DNA of 10,984 nt, taken from the NCBI GenBank assembly GCA_003133025.1, contig PKZK01000011.1, positions 1 through 10,984 on the forward strand, given 5' to 3'. Positions within the stretch are counted from its first letter, which is position 1. Each line of letters starts with the position of its first letter. Made by a program: the position numbers and the translations under genes. This document shows, in pieces, positions 1 through 6,125 of this stretch. Below the pieces are notes generated by a model. That model was not told the origin of the DNA. It saw only the letters and a list, made by a program, of their open reading frames with translations, and ran no database searches. The stretch comes from Vulcanimicrobiota bacterium (lineage in GTDB: Bacteria > Vulcanimicrobiota > Vulcanimicrobiia > Vulcanimicrobiales > Vulcanimicrobiaceae).

Positions 1-48
1 GTGCTACCCGGCTTCGTCCTCAACCTGGCCGCAATTTTCGCCCGCTAG
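1..48 (+). CDS. 3' end (partial, runs off window start) of a Uma2-family (PD-(D/E)xK, DUF820) endonuclease gene
   Basis: Frame 1 reads VLPGFVLNLAAIFAR-stop(TAG 46-48), the typical Uma2 C-terminus. It aligns codon for codon with VLPGFVLELGPIFND-stop at 3373-3420 (20 of the first 21 nt identical). Confidence 0.8.
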   Translation: MLPGFVLNLAAIFAR

Positions 49-75
49 TCATCTCGCCGCACAAGCCGGCGACCC

Positions 76-248
76 TTCGAACGAGGCTGGGGTAAACCTG
101 CGCCGATCTGAGTATCGAAACCCGGACGAGTTGCTCGCCGAGGCCGATCTCGCCAGCGCAATCGTGGGCGTCATTCGGCAAAACCGCTGGGCGACTCCAA
201 ACGATCCTGCGCCGGCTCGTAGGAGCCCCCCGTCCTCAGCCGCGCCTC
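76..248 (+). pseudogene. Frameshifted remnant of an XRE/HTH_37-type antitoxin-like regulator
   Basis: Manual translation across frames gives FERGWG (76-93), ADL (102-110), YRNPDELLAEADLASAIVGVIRQNRW (113-190) and RLVG...QPRL (to 248). This matches the family pattern SSGNVFADLG.P..EELL.KA.L...I...I....WTQ..AA..LG..QP.VS. No start codon and several frameshifts. Confidence 0.6.
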
Positions 249-761
249 TTACGGCGCCGCCGGAATCGTGAAACGTACCGCGCGGAACGCACTCCTCGCC
301 GGGCACGTAGCGCATTCCACGATCAGCTTTACCGGCACGAAGTTGGGATCGACCGTGAATATCGCGATCTGGCGGGCCGCTGCGCCTTGCAAGATGTGCA
401 GATTGCCCGGATGCAACGACGAACCCCCGATGGCGACCGCGACATCATCCTTGTCGGCAAGCGTATAGCTCATGAGTTCGGTGAAGTCATCCGTACTGCC
501 GTTGCGCAGGAGCATGGTCAACTTCATGACCTTCTTGCCGCCGGACGTGTTGACGTAGTCGACGTCTTCCTTTGCGGTCGTGACGTTCAAGGAACTGAAC
601 GTAATCCGCACGACACCGTTGAAAATCGTGTCGCCCAATTTGCCGGAAAGCGCCTTAACTTGGTTGGCGCCGCCGGGGACGGGCGTGCTGGTTGCCGCGA
701 TGGCGGCCACGGGCATGAGGGCGAGGGCGGCACATACGAGCGAGCGACGGATTTGGTTCAT
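249..761 (-). CDS. Secreted hypothetical protein, 170 aa; possible DUF4352-like Ig fold, C-terminal CxxC
   Basis: The true start is ATG 761 (MNQIRRSLVCAALALMPVAAIAA, a signal peptide), inside the longer 249..1205 ORF. Shine-Dalgarno AAGGAGA at 774-768; ATGA overlap with the upstream ORF stop. The mature part is beta-strand rich and ends VKLIVECATCP...FTIPAAP. The fold call is inference. Confidence 0.8.
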   Translation of the reverse strand: MNQIRRSLVCAALALMPVAAIAATSTPVPGGANQVKALSGKLGDTIFNGVVRITFSSLNVTTAKEDVDYVNTSGGKKVMKLTMLLRNGSTDDFTELMSYTLADKDDVAVAIGGSSLHPGNLHILQGAAARQIAIFTVDPNFVPVKLIVECATCPARSAFRAVRFTIPAAP

Positions 762-982
762 GGAAGTTCTCCTTGCGGGAAGCGTGCGCTCGGGGCGTCC
801 CCGAGGCACGGCGGCGGGGTGGCCAGCGCAGCGTCGATGCAATCCGCCATCTCGCGCGACCCGACCACGTAAAAGGTCTTTCCCGACGCGACATCGCGGA
901 CTGATCCGCGCCACGGCACGGCGACATCGTCGTTCCGCCACATGCGGATCAGGAAGACGCGTTCGCGGTGAGGACTCGGCAC
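758..982 (-). CDS. Small hypothetical protein (74 aa) with FLIRMW...WRGSV.DV.SG motif
   Basis: GTG start 6 nt after a TAAGCT -10-like hexamer; its TGA overlaps the next ATG. The sequence resembles the small '(S/Y)YLLRLW...WRxSLE...TGE' hypothetical proteins I recall next to BTAD/TPR regulators (from memory, not searched). Confidence 0.7.
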   Translation of the reverse strand: MPSPHRERVFLIRMWRNDDVAVPWRGSVRDVASGKTFYVVGSREMADCIDAALATPPPCLGDAPSARFPQGELP

Positions 983-1020
983 GCCCCGAGCTTAGCGCAC
1001 CGGCGTGCGCCCAGCGTGCG
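983..1020 (-). promoter_or_regulatory. Putative leaderless promoter with 11-bp-periodic direct repeats (activator site)
   Basis: Minus strand: CGCACG(1020-1015) ctggg CGCACG(1009-1004) ccggtgcgc TAAGCT(994-989) cggggc GTG(982). It overlaps the last codons and stop of the TPR gene. Confidence 0.6.
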
Positions 1021-1963
1021 CGCTGTCCGCGATTGCCCGGCTTACGTCGATCGCCCGGAACGCCTGGCGCGTCGCCCCGGCCGGCACCAGCTGGGCAAAG
1101 CGCTCGAGCGTCGCCCGCGCTTCCCGTCGAAACTCGGCAGCCGCCCCAACATCGCCGCCGGCGGCAAAACCGGCCGCCGCCGACCACAGACAGTAATGCG
1201 GCCAAAACGCGTTGCGCAGCGCATCCGCGTCGAGCGTCGCAAGCTCGCGGGCGGCGGCCAACGCCTCGTCGTCGCGGCCCGCGGCGACCAGCGCGTGGAT
1301 CAGGTCCGAGACGTCGTCGGCGAAGTCGGGCAACTCCTGGATCGCGCGTCTGATCGCCAGCCCGCGCTGCATCAGTTCGATCGCGTGGTCGACGTTCCCG
1401 AGCGCCCGCTCCGCATTGCCCAGATTAGCCAGCGCCGCGGCCTCGAAGGCCGGAAAGCCGATTTCACGGGCCATCGCGAGCCCTTCGGAGGCAAACCGCT
1501 TCGCCTCCACCGGTGCTCCGATTCGGAGTTGCACGAAGCTCGCATTGACCGCATTGGCAACGCTCATCCGTCGTTCCCGTACGATCTCCAGTAACGCGTT
1601 GGAACGCTCGATCACGGAGAGCGTAGCTTCGAACAGACCCAGACGCATCAGCAGTGCCGCCTGATTGGTCAAGAGCGTGGCCAGTCCGCGCTTGTTGTCG
1701 CTCTCGGCAAAGAGGGCTTCTGCCAACGCCGCTTCGTCGATGGCCGTGTCGAAGTCGTCGAGTCGCGCGCTGGTCACGGCGATGCGCGCGTGCGCTGCCG
1801 CTTGCAGATTCCGATCGCCGGTCGCGGTCGCAATGTCCAGCGCCTCGCGCGAAAGCTCGCGGGCTTCGGCGTAGCCTTGCACGAGCAGCGCGGCCACCGC
1901 CGCCGTCGTCAGCGCGCGGGCGTGGATCGTGCGATCGGAAAGAGAAGAAGCCCGGTCGCGCAT
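992..1963 (-). CDS. Tetratricopeptide-repeat protein, 323 aa; probably the C-terminal fragment of a larger BTAD/STAND(AAA)-TPR regulator (possible pseudogene)
   Basis: Repeated ~40-aa MalT/TPR_12-like helical repeats (e.g. EAAALANLGNAERALGNVDHAIELMQRGLAIRR). The ORF starts mid-repeat with no Shine-Dalgarno, and has no DNA-binding or P-loop domain. Confidence 0.75.
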   Translation of the reverse strand: MRDRASSLSDRTIHARALTTAAVAALLVQGYAEARELSREALDIATATGDRNLQAAAHARIAVTSARLDDFDTAIDEAALAEALFAESDNKRGLATLLTNQAALLMRLGLFEATLSVIERSNALLEIVRERRMSVANAVNASFVQLRIGAPVEAKRFASEGLAMAREIGFPAFEAAALANLGNAERALGNVDHAIELMQRGLAIRRAIQELPDFADDVSDLIHALVAAGRDDEALAAARELATLDADALRNAFWPHYCLWSAAAGFAAGGDVGAAAEFRREARATLERFAQLVPAGATRQAFRAIDVSRAIADSAHAGRTPVR

Positions 1964-1993
1964 GGAGCTAGGTTCTCGGGCTCTGCCGAGGCG

Positions 1994-3001
1994 TCAATAC
2001 ACCGGTCCGACGCCTTGCACCGTGATCGAGCCCGACGTGACGTGCACGTTCTTGGCTTTGAACGTCGTCGGGTCGATGCGCCAGAGGCCCGTCCCGCTTG
2101 CTGCGAAGCACGCGTGAGACGCCGGGTCCACCGCGAGGTTGTAGGGTTCGGCGATATTTCCAACTGACGCCACGGTCGCATACGTCGACGCGCTGATCGC
2201 CGTGACCCCATTCCCTGTTGCCAGGTAGATGAGTTGCGATGCAGGGTCGAACGCAATGTCGTCGGCTTCGCTGTTGAGAGCGATCCGTTTCACGAGCTTT
2301 TTCCCCGCGACGCTCACCACATCGAGGTAACCGGTGAGGTCGGCAAGGTACAGCAGTTTCCCGTCGCTCGAGACGGCGCCGGCCATCGGGAATTCGGGCA
2401 GCGACACGTCGTACTTGAAGGCAAACGTCTTCGCATCGAAAACGTCATAGCCGCTACCCTCGATCTCGTACAACTCGTTACGAGTCGGCGAGGCCACGAG
2501 CAAGTGGTACCCCAGGGTAAAGCCCCCGAGGCCGGCCGCAGACGCCTCGAGCGCACCGGTCGCAGCGTTGACCACGTAGTCGTCGCTCTCCCCGCCGACG
2601 TAGAGCGTCATTCCATCCTGGCTCAGCGCAATCGCTCCGGTAAAATCGCCGTTGGGCAGGGTGAAGAAGTTCGTGGCCGCTCCCGTCCGAGGATCCATCG
2701 CGAACACGATGCCCGAAGCGTTCTCCTCGATGGCATAAACGAGCTTGGTGGCGGGCGACGCCACGATGGCTATGGAGTCTTCGTTGCCGTTCTGCGACGG
2801 CGGCATCTGCTGCTGCGACCGGACCCGCCCGTTCGCGGCGTTTCCGATCGTGAGTTCGGCCGGCTGGCCGCTACTCTGCAGGGCAAAAGCCACGAGATCG
2901 CCGTGGCCGAGCGTGGCTGCGCCGACGGTGGCGGAAGGGACCGAAGCGGTACCGAGCAGCACCGCCATCATGGTCAGGGTGGCGAATGTGGGGCGTTTCA
3001 T
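1994..3001 (-). CDS. Secreted YncE/YVTN-like beta-propeller protein, 335 aa
   Basis: Signal peptide MKRPTFATLTMMAVLLGTASVPSA; ~40-aa blade repeats (IVASPATKLVYA, IALSQDGMTLYV, LVASPTRNELYE, AVSSDGKLLYL, IAFDPASQLIYL, LAVDPASHACF). Confidence 0.85.
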   Translation of the reverse strand: MKRPTFATLTMMAVLLGTASVPSATVGAATLGHGDLVAFALQSSGQPAELTIGNAANGRVRSQQQMPPSQNGNEDSIAIVASPATKLVYAIEENASGIVFAMDPRTGAATNFFTLPNGDFTGAIALSQDGMTLYVGGESDDYVVNAATGALEASAAGLGGFTLGYHLLVASPTRNELYEIEGSGYDVFDAKTFAFKYDVSLPEFPMAGAVSSDGKLLYLADLTGYLDVVSVAGKKLVKRIALNSEADDIAFDPASQLIYLATGNGVTAISASTYATVASVGNIAEPYNLAVDPASHACFAASGTGLWRIDPTTFKAKNVHVTSGSITVQGVGPVY

Positions 3002-3039
3002 GGCGCTATCGTATCAGCCCGCCGTTCCGGGATCGTCCC
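3002..3039 (-). promoter_or_regulatory. Putative leaderless extended -10 promoter with 11-bp-periodic direct repeats
   Basis: Minus strand: GGGACG(3039-3034) atccc GGAACG(3028-3023) gcgggcTGa TACGAT(3013-3008) agcgcc ATG(3001). TGn-TAnnnT lies 6 nt before the ATG; there is no Shine-Dalgarno. Confidence 0.65.
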
Positions 3040-3054
3040 AGCCCCGAGAGCCCC

Positions 3055-3420
3055 CTTGAGTCGAACGAAGGCTTGGAGCTACCCGACTCATCCATAAAAG
3101 CGGCAGACGCTGCCTGGATTCTCCTGGAACGTTGGCGACGACTCAGCAAGAACGAGCGGGCGTCCTTTGCCCCAATCTGCCCCGACTTTGTCAGTGAGCT
3201 ACGCTCCGCCGGCGACAGCATGTCGGCCCTGCGTCAGAGGATGGCCCTGTACCTCGACAACGGTGTACGCCTTGGTTGGCTCATCGACCCATATGCGCGA
3301 CGCGTCGAGATTTTCCGTGCCGGTCGAGAAGTCGAAGTGCTGCTCGACCCCGCAACGGTCTCCGGCGATGACGTGCTACCCGGTTTCGTCCTCGAGCTCG
3401 GCCCCATTTTCAACGACTAG
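3055..3420 (+). pseudogene. 5'-truncated Uma2-family endonuclease
   Basis: Homology begins at LESNEGLELPDSSIKAADAAW and continues PICPDFVSELRS...YLDNGVRLGWLIDP...SGDDVLPGFVLEL. The N-terminal third of a Uma2 protein is missing, and the called ORF start (2986) overlaps the divergent gene and its promoter. Confidence 0.8.
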
Positions 3421-3471
3421 ATAAGAGCGGCATCAAGGTACCTTCCGACTATTCGTCGACCAAGAGCCACT

Positions 3472-4296
3472 GTGAGCGAGCCTCTGAGTGCGATCCATAC
3501 CGATTTCGGCGCGGCTTTCAAGGGGCCGCGCCAGATAGCCGACGGGCCGCTCACGATAACCATCCGCCCAAAACGCCTGGGCGACCTCGATGTCGCCGCC
3601 GACGTACGCCTCGCCGACCCCGATATTCCGTCGTGTGAATTAAGGCTGCCCGGAGCGGTCGCTCCCGGCCTTCACCCGGTCTGGATCGCCGAAGCTACCT
3701 TTGCGCTCGAAGGCGGCGAACCGGGCTCGCGCGTCGCGTGCGCCCTCATCGGAAACCCGGCGGAGGCGAACACCTGGGACCTCGCCGGCTCCGTCGAGGT
3801 CGGCGGCGTGGCCGAATTCTCCGGGAAAGACGGCTCGGCCGTTACGGTTCCGTCCGGCTGGGGACCCGGCGTGTACGCTGCCTGGATAGGCCGCGACCAC
3901 GCCGGCGCGAAGGTGGCGCTCGCACTCGATTTTCGCGTGCTCCTCAAACCCGTGCTCGGCGAGATCGCACTCGGCGACGCGAGCGCCAAGCCGATCGGCC
4001 CGCTGCAGAATGCGGACCTCGAAACGCTGGGCGTGTATCTCAGCGTCGTCGCAGCGGACAAGGTGCCGAGTTATTTACGCGACGGACCCGGCCGCGAACC
4101 GGAACGCTGGCTCCGTCTCGATTGCCGCACCGCCGATGCCGACCACTTCGCCGAGCCGAACATCATCGGTTACGACCGCGAAGGAAACGAACGTTTCGTA
4201 CCCGTCGGCGGAGCCGGCGACGTATCGTACACGCCGCTCGATGGCGAACCGTACACCCTCGTGCTCCGCTACGTCTCCGATCTGCAGGTGCTCTGA
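3472..4296 (+). CDS. DUF4241-like protein with C-terminal extension, 274 aa
   Basis: Motifs LGDL....VRLADP, VAPGLHPVWIA, RVACA and PSGWGPGVYAAWIGRDHAGAKVALALDF match the DUF4241 pattern (CDP, PPG.YPV, SG.GDG.Y..Y.G.D..G......DF). GTG start with weak AAGAG upstream. Confidence 0.65.
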   Translation: MSEPLSAIHTDFGAAFKGPRQIADGPLTITIRPKRLGDLDVAADVRLADPDIPSCELRLPGAVAPGLHPVWIAEATFALEGGEPGSRVACALIGNPAEANTWDLAGSVEVGGVAEFSGKDGSAVTVPSGWGPGVYAAWIGRDHAGAKVALALDFRVLLKPVLGEIALGDASAKPIGPLQNADLETLGVYLSVVAADKVPSYLRDGPGREPERWLRLDCRTADADHFAEPNIIGYDREGNERFVPVGGAGDVSYTPLDGEPYTLVLRYVSDLQVL

Positions 4297-4320
4297 GCGC
4301 CTCGTCATTACCGGCGTCCC

Positions 4321-5910
4321 TTACGAGTCGTCGCCCCCGTTTTCGGTGCCGCCGGTCTTCGCTTGCCGGGGCTTTGCCGTGGCCTGGTAGGTCCAGTCGT
4401 AATCGAAGCGAGCCTGGAAGTATGCGTTGACCTGCGCGCTCTCGATGATCACGCCCGCGTCACGATTGCGCAGCACGCCCGCACCCGACCAGTTTTGGCT
4501 GCTCACCACCGTCCGGACGCCGTCGACGAGCATCCCCTTATTGTGCACGTTGTTCTGAATGCGAACGTGAGCGCGATCGACGAGCATTCCGGCCTCTTGC
4601 ATCAGTTCGAGGTTCTCCGACTGCTGGTTATTGCCGAGGATGATCCGCGTAACGATGGCCTCGTTGTGTTGTACCCTGGCCAACGCCGCGATCAGGTCGG
4701 CAAACTTGGGGTCGGCGGCAAAGGAATTGATGTACTGCAACTGCAGGTCGAAGGAACGCTGCGTCCCGTTGATCAGGTCGAGTATGGCATCGACGTAGAC
4801 GCCGGCATCCGGCGTCAAGAGCGGCGTCACGGTGACGCTCTCGGTGAGCGTGATCGGCCCGACGAACTCGTCGATTGGCGATGCGGCCGGCGGCGGGGGC
4901 GGCAACGCCTCGACGATCGCATGCGCGCGCGCGGCATTGGCATTTTCCGCCTGAGCGACGTCGAAGTCGTGCTCGATGAAGCTCGCGAACCATGCGGCGA
5001 GCTCTTGGCTGAAGAAGACTACATGCCAATCGCGATCGCTCTTGCGTGCCAATGTCTTATCCGGGTTCGTCCAGTCGAACACGGGCTGGTTGGAGTTATT
5101 CCAGTTGCCCGACGAGATCCACACGCCGACGGTCGTCCGACCGATGTCGCGGGCCGAGACCTTGATATGGTAGGAAGTCTGGAAGATCGGCGTACCCCCG
5201 TCGGGGTCGCTCGGGGTCAGCGCCCATGTTTGCGTAAACGTGCTCCCGAGGGCCGAGGTCAATTTCGCGACCGTCTCTTCGTCGGTCTCGTCGGCAGTGG
5301 GGTTTTTCGGCGGGTGGTCGAGCACGAGCTTGAAGGGCTTACCCTCGAGCGACGTAGCCACGGTCTGCTCGATGTGCGCCGATGTGAAGTCGTACATCGC
5401 GGTCGTCAGCGACGCGCTCGTCGCTTGGATGAATGCTTCCAGAACGCTCCAGCCGTTATCCGGGCTGCAGCTACAGATCATCGTTACGTTCGTTAGTTGT
5501 ATGGGATCGTAGTTGGCGCCCGGCGGCGGCGTGTAGACGATGCCCGGCGCGGCCTCGACCGGCACGGCAAGCGGCGCGACGCCTTCACGCAAGAGGACGA
5601 GTCCGGGAAAGTCGTCGGGAACCGATTCGGCGAGCGAGAAGCGCGCCTTATCGGCGAAGGCGGCTGGTTGCGTGAACTGCATGATCTGCGCCGGAGTCGC
5701 CATGCGTACGTCGATGGGAAAGCCGCCGAGACTATCGGGCACACTGGCTAACGCGACGTTTGGATCGGCGATGAGAACGACGGCTCGAGTCTGTGTCGGA
5801 TACCCGTCTTCATCCAGCATGAATCCGGGGCGCGCGGCGAGTGCGCCGGTGGCGCGGAGAGCGTCGATGTTCTGAGAAATGACCGGTATGATGTCGCCGA
5901 AGTAAGACAT
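4321..5910 (-). CDS. Phospholipase D-superfamily protein with two HKD motifs, 529 aa
   Basis: HIKVSARD...SSGNW and HNKGMLVD...SSQNW motifs. Preferred start is ATG 5910 (MSYFGD) with GGAGA 5 nt upstream, rather than TTG 5940. No signal peptide. Confidence 0.9.
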   Translation of the reverse strand: MSYFGDIIPVISQNIDALRATGALAARPGFMLDEDGYPTQTRAVVLIADPNVALASVPDSLGGFPIDVRMATPAQIMQFTQPAAFADKARFSLAESVPDDFPGLVLLREGVAPLAVPVEAAPGIVYTPPPGANYDPIQLTNVTMICSCSPDNGWSVLEAFIQATSASLTTAMYDFTSAHIEQTVATSLEGKPFKLVLDHPPKNPTADETDEETVAKLTSALGSTFTQTWALTPSDPDGGTPIFQTSYHIKVSARDIGRTTVGVWISSGNWNNSNQPVFDWTNPDKTLARKSDRDWHVVFFSQELAAWFASFIEHDFDVAQAENANAARAHAIVEALPPPPPAASPIDEFVGPITLTESVTVTPLLTPDAGVYVDAILDLINGTQRSFDLQLQYINSFAADPKFADLIAALARVQHNEAIVTRIILGNNQQSENLELMQEAGMLVDRAHVRIQNNVHNKGMLVDGVRTVVSSQNWSGAGVLRNRDAGVIIESAQVNAYFQARFDYDWTYQATAKPRQAKTGGTENGGDDS

Positions 5911-6014
5911 GACGTCTCCAATCGCGCAAGCGATACTCAAGGACGGTCTGCGAAAGTGGAATGCAGGTCGTCAATTGCGGGTCACCATCTTCGGCGCCTG
6001 CAGTAAAGCGGCCC

Positions 6015-6048
6015 ATTATGCGACGGGCTTCTTAAGCGCCGCTTAAGA
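6015..6048 (-). promoter_or_regulatory. Palindromic TTAA-N7-TTAA operator plus CATAAT -10 upstream of the PLD gene
   Basis: Perfect inverted repeat TCTTAAGCG-C-CGCTTAAGA (6030-6048). On the minus strand CATAAT (6020-6015) lies 11 nt after the second TTAA. Confidence 0.65.
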
Positions 6049-6125
6049 TAGCAGACGATACTGTTAGCACGTGTTCGGCGCTCCGAATCCTTGCCGATGT
6101 CGGCCGAACGCGTGAACGCCGGCGA

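Noticed and set aside
762..1205. N-terminal extension of the 318-aa ORF 249..1205
   Set aside because: It is Arg/Gly-rich shadow sequence overlapping two better genes; the strong RBS and signal peptide place the start at 761.
1964..1996. Propeller stop (TGA 1996-1994) is in frame with the TPR ORF, so readthrough could fuse them
   Set aside because: A one-in-three coincidence with no recoding signal recognised; fusing a secreted propeller to a cytoplasmic TPR is implausible.
2986..3054. Called start of the Uma2 ORF (MWGVSWRY...)
   Set aside because: No Uma2 similarity, and it overlaps the start and promoter of the divergent gene.
4363..5496. Long antisense ORFs (this one, also 580..1353, 968..1594, 2234..3097, 3738..4430, 6168..6821, 6993..7574, 8235..8798, 10005..10544)
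   Set aside because: They are opposite-strand or off-frame shadows of real GC-rich genes with no recognisable motifs.
3472..5910. PLD toxin / DUF4241 immunity pair
   Set aside because: The genes are convergent rather than co-transcribed, and the PLD has no secretion marker.
5955..6005. Stem-loop in the PLD leader with GATGGTG...CCGC...TGACGACCTGC, superficially like a fluoride riboswitch
   Set aside because: Too short, lacks the P1 helix, and the downstream gene is not fluoride related; an Rfam scan would settle it.
6011..6024. TCGCATAATG (minus) resembling the XerC arm of a dif site
   Set aside because: No XerD arm (TTATGTTAAAT) at the 6-bp spacing; better explained as a -10 element.
6070..6112. 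GTTCGGC...GCCGAAC stem as an integron attC site
   Set aside because: The core sites are in the reverse order for attC, there is only one copy and no integrase; at most a hairpin after phrB.
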